Program-made: the position numbers and the translations under genes
From: an uncultured Acidobacteriaceae bacterium
GTDB lineage: Bacteria; Acidobacteriota; Terriglobia; Terriglobales; Acidobacteriaceae
Length of the DNA stretch: 64,000 nt
Assembly (NCBI GenBank): GCA_963769235.1
Contig: CAVYKW010000007.1
Location: 112,630 to 176,629, forward strand
Direction: 5' to 3'
In this document: in pieces, positions 27,030 through 39,000 of the stretch
Position numbering within the stretch: position 1 is the first letter of the stretch
How the letters are laid out: the number at the start of each line of letters is the position of its first letter
The notes under the pieces: generated by a model
What the model was told of the DNA's origin: nothing
The model's input: only the letters and a program-made list of their open reading frames with translations
The model's database searches: none

Positions 27030-27272
27030 TCAGTGGAATTCAGGAGCGTCAGCTCCCAGGCTTTCCAGACATTCTTTGGCGTGCTTGCACCACTGCGCGC
27101 ACGACATGTCATTGCGGGGGTTCAGCATTAGCTTGTCGCAAGCTTTGCAGCGACGCCTGGGATCGTCCTTGAAGAACTCTACCTTCGCGCCACAGTGAAC
27201 GCACACTACTTCATACACGTCGTCCAGCTTCCAGTAACGCAGGTCCTGTCCGGGACAGTGAATTTCGGCCAT
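27030..27272 (-). CDS. small Cys-rich zinc-ribbon-like protein
   Basis: 80 aa with C6, CxxC (CVHCG), CxxC (CKAC), C..WC and C. It is co-oriented directly downstream of the MBL-rhodanese gene. No family recognised. Confidence 0.55.
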   Translation of the reverse strand: MAEIHCPGQDLRYWKLDDVYEVVCVHCGAKVEFFKDDPRRRCKACDKLMLNPRNDMSCAQWCKHAKECLESLGADAPEFH

Positions 27273-27411
27273 GATTCTCGTTGCTCCTCAACCCATCGAA
27301 ACATGGCGAAGGAAAATGGGAAATGACCTAAGTCACAGACATGTGTGCACAGTACGAGGATGGGAACGCATTCCGCGAGTCGGGACTGACAGAATTGCGA
27401 TACCCGCCGGC

Positions 27412-28800
27412 TTACACGCCAACCGCGGCGGCGGCAACCTTGGGCATCTCAGCATTCTCCCAGGCGTCAAATCCGCCGAGCACGTTGACGACGTCATATC
27501 CGGCGCGTTGCAGCAGGCTGCATGCAATCACGCTGCGATAGCCACCCTTGCAGTGCACCGCGTATGTCCTTGAATGATCCAGCTGCGGCAAAGCAGTCTT
27601 GAACCGGTCGAGCGCATACGACTCCGCATTGGCGATGTGTCCGGCGTCCCACTCTCCCGGCCTGCGGACATCCAGGACCTGCACGGTGCGTTCATGCATC
27701 CGGGTATTGAGCTCTTGCACTGTGATCTCCGGCAGCTGAGCCAGATTCAGTCCCGCCTGCTTCCACGCGTGAACGCCCCCGTCGAGATATCCCGCCAGGT
27801 CCTCAATGCCCACGCGTGCCAGGCGCATGCGAGCTTCGGTCAGTTGTTCCGTCGTGTCGGCGATCAGAACAGGATGCGCGGAAAGCCCCAGAACAGCGCC
27901 CGCCCACGACGCGAACTGCCCCGCGAGCGCAATGTTGATGGAGCCGGGAACATGGCCCTCCGCGAACTGATCCGTCGGCCGCACGTCGAGTGCGATGGCG
28001 CCGTTGTCCAGAGCGGCTTTCAGTTCCGCGGCGTTGATCGGCTTGAGGTTCGGCAGTTCCGCCAGAGGCGTTGCGCCAGCCCGGTTGATGGCAGCATCTT
28101 CCAGGAAATAATCCGGCCGCGCCGGCAGGTTCGAGGTCATCTGCTGAATAAATTCGTCGCGGCTCTTGATCTGCAACGCGTAGTTGGTGAGCCGTTCGGT
28201 ACCGATGGTGGACGAGCGCTCGGCGCGCATGTTGCGGCCGCACAGCGATCCCGCTCCGTGCGCCGGATACACCAGCACGTCGTTGGGAAGCGCCATCAGC
28301 TTCTGGTGCAGCGAGTCGTACAGCAGGCCGGCGAGTTGTTGTGGCGTGAAGGTCTTTGACAGATCAGGCCGCCCTACGTCGCCGATGAAAAGCGTGTCGC
28401 CGGTGAGAACTGCCCAGGGTTCCGAAGATTTTTCTTCGTCTGTAACCACGAAACAACAGCTCTCTGCGGTGTGACCCGGTGTCTCTAAGACTTTCACGCG
28501 CGCATGGCCGGCTTTCAGCTCAAAGCCGTTGGTCAGGGCAACGTGCGGCAACGTCGCCTCGGCTGCTTTGCCAATATAGATGGTCGCTCCAGTTCGCGCA
28601 GCTAATTCCTTGTGGCCAGAAACGAAGTCGGCGTGGAGGTGGGTCTCTAAAATGTGGCGAATCTGCAAACCTTGCTTGGCCGCCGCTTCGAGGTAGATGT
28701 CGACGTCGCGCTGCGGGTCAACCACAACCGCCTCGCCTTCGGAACCAAACATATAAGAGGCGTGAGCCAGACATCCCAGGTAGAACTGTTCAAAATACAC
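27412..28800 (-). CDS. MBL-fold persulfide-dioxygenase-like enzyme fused to two rhodanese domains
   Basis: The metallo-beta-lactamase motif ETHLHADFVSGH and the TPGHT site are followed by two rhodanese modules. The last module has the active-site loop HCKGGYRS. Confidence 0.85.
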   Translation of the reverse strand: MYFEQFYLGCLAHASYMFGSEGEAVVVDPQRDVDIYLEAAAKQGLQIRHILETHLHADFVSGHKELAARTGATIYIGKAAEATLPHVALTNGFELKAGHARVKVLETPGHTAESCCFVVTDEEKSSEPWAVLTGDTLFIGDVGRPDLSKTFTPQQLAGLLYDSLHQKLMALPNDVLVYPAHGAGSLCGRNMRAERSSTIGTERLTNYALQIKSRDEFIQQMTSNLPARPDYFLEDAAINRAGATPLAELPNLKPINAAELKAALDNGAIALDVRPTDQFAEGHVPGSINIALAGQFASWAGAVLGLSAHPVLIADTTEQLTEARMRLARVGIEDLAGYLDGGVHAWKQAGLNLAQLPEITVQELNTRMHERTVQVLDVRRPGEWDAGHIANAESYALDRFKTALPQLDHSRTYAVHCKGGYRSVIACSLLQRAGYDVVNVLGGFDAWENAEMPKVAAAAVGV

Positions 28801-28980
28801 TATACCCCTCCAAAATGGCGCAAAACATGATAACTGCTGCTCTGGAAATCACCTAGAGATGAATATTTTGTTTACGGCGCCCGTCGATACGTTACGTGAG
28901 TTGACGGGACAGCCGAACAACATCATAGAATTTGCTCACATAAGCGAGCATCTCGAAGGCGCTTATCGAGTGGGCGTTAG

Positions 28981-29937
28981 TTAATCTTGTACCATCCCCG
29001 AGCCTTCGAGTCGATGCGCTTTGACATCGGTCATGGGTGGCTGGCCGAAGAAGCGTCTGTACTCACGACTGAATTGGCTTGCGCTTTCATATCCAACTTC
29101 GAAGGCCGCACTCGCGGCGTCGAGCCTATCGTTGAGCATGCGGTCGCGAGCAGCGCGTAGCCGAAGCTGTTTCTGGTACTGAAGCGGGCTCATGGAAGTT
29201 AGGGCGCGGAAATGATGATGAAAGGTCGAAGTTCCCATTCGCGCCATCTCTGCGAGTTCCTGGACACTCAGTGGTTTGTCGTAGTTCGCCTTCAGCCAGG
29301 TGATTGCCTTCGCGGTTCGGTGGCTCTGATCGCCTGAGGTAGCGATCGCGCGTAGCCGCTCCCCTTGCGGACCTCGCAGCAGGCGGTAGATGATTTCACG
29401 TTCGATGGTCTTGCTGAGGAATGGTATGTCCTCTGGCGTGTCGAGAAGGTCTACCAGCCGTGAGCATGCGCTCAACAGTTCCGACGTCGTTTTCCCGACG
29501 GCGATGCCGCGGGCTTGCGACGACGCTGCGGGTTCCGGCAAATCTTCCCGGCTGATGATTTCTCGCACCAACGGCATCTCCAGAGCCAGGCGCAGCGAAA
29601 GCAATGGCACCTGTTCGCTAGCTGCGACAATCTGGCTGATCACAGGCACATCTACCGAAGTGAGCAGGAACGTTGATTCATCGCAAAGGTAGGTCGTCCC
29701 GCCCATGTTGACGCGTTTTCGACCTTGCAGGAAAACCGAAAGGCTGGGTTCGTAGGTTGCGGGATTGCACGGAGTGGGAGCAGCGCGGCGATACATTGAT
29801 AGCGAAGGGACGGCGGTTCGCTTTTCTCCAGCCGCGGGTAGCTGCCGCATGACCTTGCGAACCAGTTCCGAGCGCAACTCTGCCAGGCGCGAGGATTGCT
29901 CCTGCTTCTTATTCTTCGGATTGCCTGTTTGTTTCAC
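28981..29937 (-). CDS. AraC-family transcriptional regulator (AraC_N-type sensor domain)
   Basis: C-terminal double HTH: LSVQELAEMARMGTSTFHHHFRALTSMSPLQYQKQLRLRAARDRML...AFEVGYESASQFSREYRRFFGQPP. Confidence 0.85.
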   Translation of the reverse strand: MKQTGNPKNKKQEQSSRLAELRSELVRKVMRQLPAAGEKRTAVPSLSMYRRAAPTPCNPATYEPSLSVFLQGRKRVNMGGTTYLCDESTFLLTSVDVPVISQIVAASEQVPLLSLRLALEMPLVREIISREDLPEPAASSQARGIAVGKTTSELLSACSRLVDLLDTPEDIPFLSKTIEREIIYRLLRGPQGERLRAIATSGDQSHRTAKAITWLKANYDKPLSVQELAEMARMGTSTFHHHFRALTSMSPLQYQKQLRLRAARDRMLNDRLDAASAAFEVGYESASQFSREYRRFFGQPPMTDVKAHRLEGSGMVQD

Positions 29938-30088
29938 CGGCCGCTCCGTTCACATTATTTACGATAGCGGAAATCAGCTCTCGAATGCACGAAATTGTGG
30001 ACGGCGACAGTAATAGGCAATCATTCGGAAGGATTGGGATACCGCCCAACGGCATCAGGGCTGTAGGGTTAGGACATCGAAATCATGA

Positions 30089-31129
<1,041 letters not shown>

Positions 31130-31181
31130 GCAGCCGCCCGGACGTTTAACACAGCCGAATTCGAGGGAAGGAGTGCAAACG

Positions 31182-31577
31182 ATGGAAATCAAAAGAGTTG
31201 GCTCGCAGCCTTCCGGCAAAGGGCCGTCGGAGTGGTTTACCGGTGCAGTGAGAATCGATCCGCTGTTTCAAGCGCCCGATCCGGCGTTTGTGCAAGGCGC
31301 CAGCGTTACCTTCGAACCGGGTGCGCGAACTGCATGGCATACTCATCCGCTCGGGCAGACGCTGATCGTTACGGCGGGCTGCGGCCGGGCACAGCGAGCA
31401 GGCGGCCCGGTCGAGGAGATTCGGCCCGGTGATGTGGTCTGGTTCTCGCCCGGAGAGAAGCACTGGCACGGAGCGACGCCGACTACGGCGATGACGCACA
31501 TCGCCATCCAGGAAAAGAAAGACGGCAAGGTGGTCGACTGGATGGAACAGGTCACAGACGAGCAATACCGCAAGTAA
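31182..31577 (+). CDS. cupin-domain protein
   Basis: Preferred ATG 31182, with GGAAGGAG 8 nt upstream. The cupin motifs are [17 protein letters not shown] and [17 protein letters not shown]. Confidence 0.8.
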   Translation: MEIKRVGSQPSGKGPSEWFTGAVRIDPLFQAPDPAFVQGASVTFEPGARTAWHTHPLGQTLIVTAGCGRAQRAGGPVEEIRPGDVVWFSPGEKHWHGATPTTAMTHIAIQEKKDGKVVDWMEQVTDEQYRK

Positions 31578-31619
31578 ATCTGCAAGTCGGGAGTGTTCAT
31601 CTAAGGATGCAGACAGGGG

Positions 31620-31979
31620 GTGCCCATGCCCGCGCAAAGCGACAGGTTGAAAGACCGCCTAGCCAGATCCAGCGAAATCAAGATCACGGTGACGGGCAGG
31701 AAATCCGGACGTCCAATTTCGATTCCAGTCTGGTTCGTACTGGATGACGATACGCTCTACCTCTTGCCGGTGAGGGGATCCGATACCCAGTGGTACCAGA
31801 ACGTGCACAAGCATCCAGCGATTCGGATCGATGATGGCGGTGTGCAGGAATTTCGAGTGGTTCCGATTACGGATCCGGCCGAGGTTTCGGCAGTGGTGGA
31901 GAAGTTTCGCGGCAAGTACGCCGGCGACGTGAAGAAATACTATTCGCCGTTCGACGTCGCCGTTCGGGTCGAGCTATAG
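31620..31979 (+). CDS. PNPOx-like split-barrel protein (DUF385 / deazaflavin-dependent nitroreductase-like)
   Basis: IKITVTGRKSGRPISIPVWFVLDDDTLYLLPVRGSDTQWYQNV resembles the F420H2-dependent reductase/DUF385 core. This is a recollection-level match only. Confidence 0.5.
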   Translation: MPMPAQSDRLKDRLARSSEIKITVTGRKSGRPISIPVWFVLDDDTLYLLPVRGSDTQWYQNVHKHPAIRIDDGGVQEFRVVPITDPAEVSAVVEKFRGKYAGDVKKYYSPFDVAVRVEL

Positions 31980-32073
31980 GCTACCGTCGACGTAGCCAGA
32001 CCTGTAGCCGGTGGCCGGTCAATTGAGTTTGACTTAGAAGCTGCGATGGCCGAGGTTTCCGAACGGGTCGAAA

Positions 32074-34179
32074 TTAGCGGGCCGCGGTGTTTTCATCTGC
32101 GGCCTGAAACTGGATCGACGACAACTTAAATCCCATCTGACGAAGATCCATGTTCACCGGTCCGGCTTTATCGACCTGAAACGAAAGTTCGTTCTCATGT
32201 CCACTACGAAACAGGTCGCGAGAAACCACGAAGGCACTGTCGATGGGGCCCGACCCTGAAATCGTGCCCACGGTCCGTCCGTTGAGTTCGACTTGCACGG
32301 GGCGGTCTGGTAGCGCGAGGCCTTTGATCTGGATGCGCACACTTGGAGCAGTCGTCCACTGCGCATCGAGCAGGAAGCGCATGGAAGACTGACGCTTAGA
32401 CCACATTGGGCCGGTGGGAGTGTTCTCGGGATCGTAGAAGTTAAAGTTCAAGCTGTTATCGCCCAATGGCCCAATCGTAAAAGGCAATTTTTCCGCCGGG
32501 AACGGTGCCAACTCCGCGTACCAGACCTTGTCGTGCAGTAGCAACTGACAAGGCGGCTCACAAGCCCTGGCAGCGTGAGTCAAGGTAAGATCAACCAATC
32601 CTTCCACGTGCCGGCACACGTCTCGGTCTTCGAACATCAACCCCCATTTCTCGTCGACACAAACAGCACGGTTCATCCAATGCAGACGGCTGGCAACGCC
32701 GCTGGCCGTAACCCAATCCATCCCCTCTTCCGGAAAGCGTATTCGAATCAGAGAGTGTAGGGGCGGCACGCTTTCTGTAATGCCTTCGACCTCGGGATCC
32801 GAATAGCCAACACACTTCCCGCCAACGCGGTTGAAGAACACCGACGAAGTGAACATCGTAAGTGGGATTGCGCATGCAAGAACGATTGAAGCTGTGTTGC
32901 TGGCCCGAAGCGCGAGGCCATCGAGCGCGATAGCGGCTAGAGTAAACAAAATGACAACCTGAATCGAATAGTAGAAAAATCCGTTGAAGTTATAGAGCGG
33001 GCCGGTGATCCTGGCCGCCCAATACAAAAAGAGTCCCGAGACAAGTATGATTTCGAATCCGATGTAAATCAGGAAGGGTGGCAGCGCGGAGGCTGCTTTC
33101 CTTCTGGAAGCGACAGCCACACCAGCCAGAAAAATGCCCATCATCCAGAAGCGCAAGACATAGAGTTTGGGGGCGGCCGTAGCCACCAGGTGTGCTCCTG
33201 CCGGATTCGGTATGACGACCTCAGGATCGGGGGTAAAGGTGAAGAAGCTGGTCTCGTACTTCACGGCCGTACTGATGGGGTTGCGTTCGCCCTTATGTTC
33301 TGAAAGGTAGGTGCGTATCTTCTGAACATTGTTGGGGTGGTGGATCGTGAGATCAAGCAAAATTGGAGTCAGAAAGATGGCAAGCAGAATGGCGCTGACT
33401 ACCAGTGTTTTCGAGTTGGCGCGGACGAACGCTCGTAGTCCTTTTTTGCGGATGAAAAAAAGATAAACGCTCAGAAAAGAGCAGGCTGAGAGCACGCCGA
33501 CAAACGATAGCTGGGCCACATGTCCGTGGACGAGCAAGCCCCCGCACACAATCAGGATGGGTAGATCAGCGACTGCGCCCGTGGCCACGGAGGCGCACAC
33601 GGTAACAAACAGCAAGAAGACATAGAGGATCATGTGCGGCAGCCAGATGTTCATGGTTGCCACCGGGCCGTGCGTCCGGTTGATAACGTAGATCAGCCAC
33701 AGAGAAAGGAATACCGCGACCGGCAGAAACAGAGACGACTTGCAATAGCGCGCGAAGATGCGAATCGAGAGGAACAGGAGCGCAACATTAAGCAGCAGCA
33801 AAGTCAGAAACGCCGAATTCATCGGCTCAGGACAGAGATGCAGCAGGCGGCGGAACACTACGTCGCCCAGCGCCAGGATATACATGAACGCCGGTCCGGG
33901 ATGGTGGAAGTGCCAACGCGAGTAGTTGCCCAGCAGTTCGCGAAAGCGTTCCGCATCTCGCACCTGGAACATGATGGTAGCGATATCGTCCGACTCGATC
34001 AGCTTCAAGCGAAACAGGCAATGATTGATGACCAGCAGGACAGCAGTCCATGAACAAGCCGCCAGAATAACCCCGAGTGCAGTTCTTGATCCGCTCCCCA
34101 AGCCCCCCGGTTGCGGGGGAACCGCAATGCGAGCCGTGTTTCCTGCCCCTGGAGTTGGGAGTTGTTCTTTATCGGCCAT
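32074..34179 (-). CDS. large polytopic membrane protein (about 12 TM) with a ~230-aa soluble C-terminal domain; GT-C-like glycosyltransferase is a guess
   Basis: 701-aa ORF. The N-terminal 460 aa are dominated by hydrophobic helices. The C-terminal part is soluble and ends ...DLRQMGFKLSSIQFQ. No firm family assignment. Confidence 0.65.
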   Translation of the reverse strand: MADKEQLPTPGAGNTARIAVPPQPGGLGSGSRTALGVILAACSWTAVLLVINHCLFRLKLIESDDIATIMFQVRDAERFRELLGNYSRWHFHHPGPAFMYILALGDVVFRRLLHLCPEPMNSAFLTLLLLNVALLFLSIRIFARYCKSSLFLPVAVFLSLWLIYVINRTHGPVATMNIWLPHMILYVFLLFVTVCASVATGAVADLPILIVCGGLLVHGHVAQLSFVGVLSACSFLSVYLFFIRKKGLRAFVRANSKTLVVSAILLAIFLTPILLDLTIHHPNNVQKIRTYLSEHKGERNPISTAVKYETSFFTFTPDPEVVIPNPAGAHLVATAAPKLYVLRFWMMGIFLAGVAVASRRKAASALPPFLIYIGFEIILVSGLFLYWAARITGPLYNFNGFFYYSIQVVILFTLAAIALDGLALRASNTASIVLACAIPLTMFTSSVFFNRVGGKCVGYSDPEVEGITESVPPLHSLIRIRFPEEGMDWVTASGVASRLHWMNRAVCVDEKWGLMFEDRDVCRHVEGLVDLTLTHAARACEPPCQLLLHDKVWYAELAPFPAEKLPFTIGPLGDNSLNFNFYDPENTPTGPMWSKRQSSMRFLLDAQWTTAPSVRIQIKGLALPDRPVQVELNGRTVGTISGSGPIDSAFVVSRDLFRSGHENELSFQVDKAGPVNMDLRQMGFKLSSIQFQAADENTAAR

Positions 34180-34509
34180 CGTTATTGCTCGCAGCAGTAG
34201 GGCAATTCATTTTTCGTGCACCTTCTTCAGACGAGCCGCTACGCTCAAGTCGGACGCAGCGATCAATCCCAACGGCGCCACGACAGTACGGGAAATGTGA
34301 GCGGAAGTTCATTCTGAATGGAATGCCGGTTGCGTCGAAATCGAAGCAACGTGCTACTGCGCACATCTCGGCAGAGCATCGCAGCGTGGATTGCGCAGGG
34401 GCTCCGCTGTTCTCATGTCTCAGATAATATATTGTAAGCGCTTCAGCGGTACGGTCCGTGACCACTCGTACGAGTGGCCTGCACATCGACGGGCAGTTTT
34501 CTTATACTC

Positions 34510-35976
34510 ATGCTGAAAAGTTTGCAGCCAGACTCTCTAGGACGGTTTCGCGACCGCGTCGCAAATTCAATTAAGCGACGGTCGAAATCGATTCCAATCC
34601 TTTATGCAACGCTGAAGGGCGCTGCCAACCTGTTCGGTTATCGTCCGGTTCCGCAAGCAGTCACTCCGCCACAAATTGAGACCCCTGCGGCGGAGGTCAA
34701 GCCTCGAATCGTTTTCGAAGACCTTGACGCATTGCTGGCGGAAATCACCCGACGGCTAAACCAGCCCAATGTTGAACAACAGCTTGCGGCGCTGAGTGAA
34801 GTTTTCTTCAAGATCGACGCCTCCGAGCTGAACGCGATGGATCCCTTCAGCCAACAGTATCGAGAGGGCATCCTGGCCCTCTACAAGCGAGTTTCGAAGA
34901 ACCATGATTACGATCCGATGGGCATGGAAAAGACAGATGCGGCTGACAACTGCGATCTCGCGCTGAATCCCATCCCGTACCGCCTCGGCAGCAGCCGCAT
35001 CGTGGGCGAGTTCCTGAGTTGTTACGGCTGGATCTTGAGCAGTCTCGACGTGCAACCCGGCGCTGATGTTCTGGAATACGGTTCTGGCGAGGGCCAGCTC
35101 AGCATTCATCTCGCGCGGATGGGTTGCAATGTGCACGCAATCGATATCGAAGAAAGATTTCTGGCCGCGATTCGCCGACAGTGCGAAAGGCTGGGCGTCA
35201 GCGTCACCACTCGGGTTGGGTGCTTTGGCGACGGCATCGACGGAAAGAGGTTTGACCGAATCCTGTTTTTCGAAGCTTTCCATCATTGCTTCGATCACTT
35301 CAACGCTTTGTTGCGCATCCGTGAGTTGCTCAAGCCGAATGGCTTCATTTGCTTTTCAGGAGAGCCCATCATTTCGGCGGAAGCGCCCGACCCCATGATC
35401 CTTCCATACCCTTGGGGCCTAAGGCTCGATGGAGAGTCCATGCGTTCGATCGCGGAGTTCGGCTGGATGGAATTGGGATACTGCGAACCGTATTTCATGG
35501 CGCTACTCGGCCGTTGTGGCTACACCGTCGAACGCAAGCGTTGTCCCGGTTTCTCGCGAGGCGACGTGTACATCGCGCGCAAGTTCGATGACCGATACCC
35601 GATTGATCGCGATACGCTGATCTCCAGCCATAACGGGAAGTCCGGCTGGCACAGCAGCGAAGGCACGCATCGCTGGACGAAGGGCGATGCCTGGTTTCCT
35701 TTGCCCGCTACCGGATACGACACGGTCGGTGTGCGAATGGAGAATGCCGGACCCAAGCCGACCGACGTGCTGATTTCCGGCCCGTGCGAATCCAAGCAGT
35801 TGACGCTGGAGTCGGGCAAAGAAACCCGCGTCGTGCTAACGCTGCCGGCGTCAGGCGGCGATCTGCGGATTCAGTCGGGAACATTCGTGCCCAAAGACGT
35901 CGATCCGAGCTCTACGGATTGGCGAACCTTAGGGGTTCTGGTGAAGGCGATTGAGTTCCACAAGAACTTAGCCTGA
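34510..35976 (+). CDS. class I SAM-dependent methyltransferase with extra N- and C-terminal domains
   Basis: Motif I is DVLEYGSGEGQLSIHLARMG, followed by HAIDIE and FDRILFFEAFHHC. Preferred ATG is 34510; the ORF track starts at GTG 34474. Confidence 0.8.
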   Translation: MLKSLQPDSLGRFRDRVANSIKRRSKSIPILYATLKGAANLFGYRPVPQAVTPPQIETPAAEVKPRIVFEDLDALLAEITRRLNQPNVEQQLAALSEVFFKIDASELNAMDPFSQQYREGILALYKRVSKNHDYDPMGMEKTDAADNCDLALNPIPYRLGSSRIVGEFLSCYGWILSSLDVQPGADVLEYGSGEGQLSIHLARMGCNVHAIDIEERFLAAIRRQCERLGVSVTTRVGCFGDGIDGKRFDRILFFEAFHHCFDHFNALLRIRELLKPNGFICFSGEPIISAEAPDPMILPYPWGLRLDGESMRSIAEFGWMELGYCEPYFMALLGRCGYTVERKRCPGFSRGDVYIARKFDDRYPIDRDTLISSHNGKSGWHSSEGTHRWTKGDAWFPLPATGYDTVGVRMENAGPKPTDVLISGPCESKQLTLESGKETRVVLTLPASGGDLRIQSGTFVPKDVDPSSTDWRTLGVLVKAIEFHKNLA

Positions 35977-36092
35977 ACCGGCCAACCGGGACCTGCCGTT
36001 GGTAGCGGAAGGTCGCAGCCAAGTTTTCCAAGGCGCCATTTCTGCGATAGGGCTCTCCTTTTCAGTCTCCATGGATCTTTCTCTGTCGGCCC

Positions 36093-39000
36093 CTATCGAG
36101 TGGCTCCTGCGAGGCTTTCGCCGGGTGCAAGCGGCCAGTTCAGAGAGCTTGAGCCCGAGCAGAAAGATCCCGTCGGCAGCGTCTTGTAACCGCATCTTCC
36201 CGGGCTTTGCCTTGGCGAAGCGAACTGAACGTTCCAGCTCTTGTCCTTTGGAAAACAATTGACTTGCGGCGGAGCCACTGCCGGCGTACCGGCGACAAAG
36301 TCGGCAGGCAGGGTGAAAGAAAATCCGTAGCAGCCTCCTTCGGGGCAATCAACGTCTTTGGTTGCCCAGTTTGAGCAAGTATTCTGGCACTCGTTGGGCG
36401 AGCTCGATTGCTGGCTGAGATTGCAGCCGCAGGTGTTCTTCTGGCTGTTCCAGGTGCAGAAGGTCGCTGGGGCGCAGTGGTCTTGCAGGCCCGCGTTGTA
36501 GTTGGTTTCGAAGTCACTGATCTTCGACATGTCGAGCGGAACCGTCAGGATGCCAGTGGTCTGGTTGTAACAGCTCGTATCCGCAGGGCAGGTGAACGCG
36601 CCAGCCGGAGTGAACGTAGGCGGAGTGGTCTGCTGATTGACCCGTACCAGCTGCAAGGTCGTCGGATCGAAATCCGTCCCGACATAGACTTGATAGGTTT
36701 GCGCCGTAGTCGGTTTCGCAAACAAGAGGAACACATAATAGGTTCCATTGGCTGCAAACACGTTCAGGTTGGCTGACGACTGACTCTGGATGGCTTGCGA
36801 TACCGTGGTGTCCAGGTAATAACGAGCCTTGTTCACCGTAAGGCTGCTGCGCTGGTAAGTGGTTTGGCCCATCATGCGGATTGCGGTCGCGCCAGTTTCT
36901 CCCGGATTGGTTTCTTCTCGATAGAGCGGCACGCCATAGCAGGTTTGATCGGAGCATGGCTCTGCCCACGCCACGCAACTGTTGTTGTTGCATGCAGGAA
37001 ATACCACGGAGGTCACGTACTCGTATGGGCTGGTATCGGCGGTCGCGCAGAGCTCAGGATAGCCAGCTGTGTTGTAAGGACATTTGCTACCTTGCGGCAT
37101 CAAGTCAGGGATGTCGGAAGCGCACTCGGGAGTCACCAGGGGCACGTTGAAGAAGGCGTCTTTGTTCACTGAAATGGCGGGATCGTTGACTTGAGTTTGC
37201 TGATTCATCGGGCCCAGCAGGCCGGTCAGAGATCCGTCATCATCGCTGAGTTCCGTTTGCCGGTCGATATCGGTGAAACCGGTGAACATGTCGTTCGCCC
37301 CGATGCAGTAGCGTGCCGCAACCTGGTTGGGATCGGTGTTGAATGACCCGGGCAGGAACAAGGGCTCGATCACGAAGTGGCGTATGTCGACGTTGTCGAA
37401 GTAAAGCTTGTCAGAATGGAACGCGGGAGGATAGTAAAAGCCGTTGGGCTGCTTCCACGCGATACCGGCGTTGGGCAAGTAGCATTGACCGTTCCCCGGT
37501 CCGCTAGGATCAAGGGGCACGCCGTTCGACCTGTAATACATCCACAAATCACAGTTGTCGCCGCTGCCGCCGCTGGTGCATCCGTTCAGCGCCGTTTTGG
37601 TTATGTCGAGAAAAGCGTTGGCGGACTCATACGAAGGACCATCGTAAATACTGAAGAAGCGCTGATTCACGGCGAAGTTACCCAACGGGATAGCGATGCC
37701 TTCATTCAGGTTGGAGCAGAACGCGGCCGGAAGACCAGAGTCGCAGGTCAGCCCCGAATGCGGGTTAAACGGCCCAGCGTCGATGGCAAAGCGACTGCCA
37801 CCTTTACCCTGCGGCAGTGGCGGAGTCTGCGTGTGCCCGATGAAAACGTTCTTATGGGCTAGGGCCCAGTATCCCGGTACCTCATCCGAACCACTGTAAC
37901 CACCGCCAGACACGAAGGTCAGGCCGCCATTCTGTATATCGGTCAGGGCGCTGTTGGTCAACAAGAACCACTGCTTGCGCAGCCAGAGCGCCGCGATATT
38001 GGTTTGAGCCCAGTTGAAAGACGAAGTGTAGTGATCAATGTCCGTAATCATGCAATTGCCCGGCGCCTGGGAGGAGTTGTTGTAGGCGCAGGGCGATACT
38101 TGCGCGCAGCTGCCCGAAGCGGGACACTGGGTCGCGGCGCGCGAGCCTCCGCTGGGAACTTTCGGATAGTACTCATCTGCGGCCGGGCTGAAGGGATCGC
38201 CAGCGTAGTTCTGCGGAAAGGCCGGAGCCAGAGGGTTGACGATCGGCGGAATTTGCGGAGCTGCCTCCAGATCACACTCTGCGGTATCTCCCACGGTATT
38301 GAAAGAAGTTTGCGCGGTGCTGCACGAATTTCCGACGAACTTATAAAGGGGTGAGATGCCCGCCTGGTTGTCGTCGTCCGCGCCATTCGACTGCTGCCGG
38401 TACTGCTGCTCGCCGGCGTACGAGTTCCAGTACTCGTAACGCGAGTGGCCGCTATTTGTGGCCGGCACGAACCAATAGCACATACCGCAGGTCCCTGCGC
38501 CGGACGCCACGTTGTATTCGAAGTCGTTCCACCCATTCGTGATCCAGAAAACCGTCGGATGGTCGGTGTCGACGTGAAAGGGAACTTCATCGGACGCAGA
38601 GTTGTGATGCGCCGCCGCAAGAATGCCCGGGACGTTGCGCGGATTCTGGGGATTGGCTACCCCGCCGCGGGCGAAAACGCCGAGGTTGGAATACAGCTGG
38701 TTGCCCGTCTCGCTGCCATCTTCAAAATAGTAGCCGTGACCGATGGATAGAAATCCCACGTTGCGCGCCAGCGTCACGCCTTCGCTGGCGTGGATGGTAT
38801 ACCAGCGCGTCATGGAGTCGTGTACGGAAGAATCCATCACAAACGTTATCGGCACGCTGCCTCCGGGAGCAGGCTGAGGCGTTTGGCGCGCCATGTGGAA
38901 GTGCACTGGGTAGTGCATGATGCGTCCACCCTCACCCATCTGGTAGAACTCGACGCCCTGCACCTGGAAAGCTGCTGCGCCTTGCCGCACCAGCGTATGT

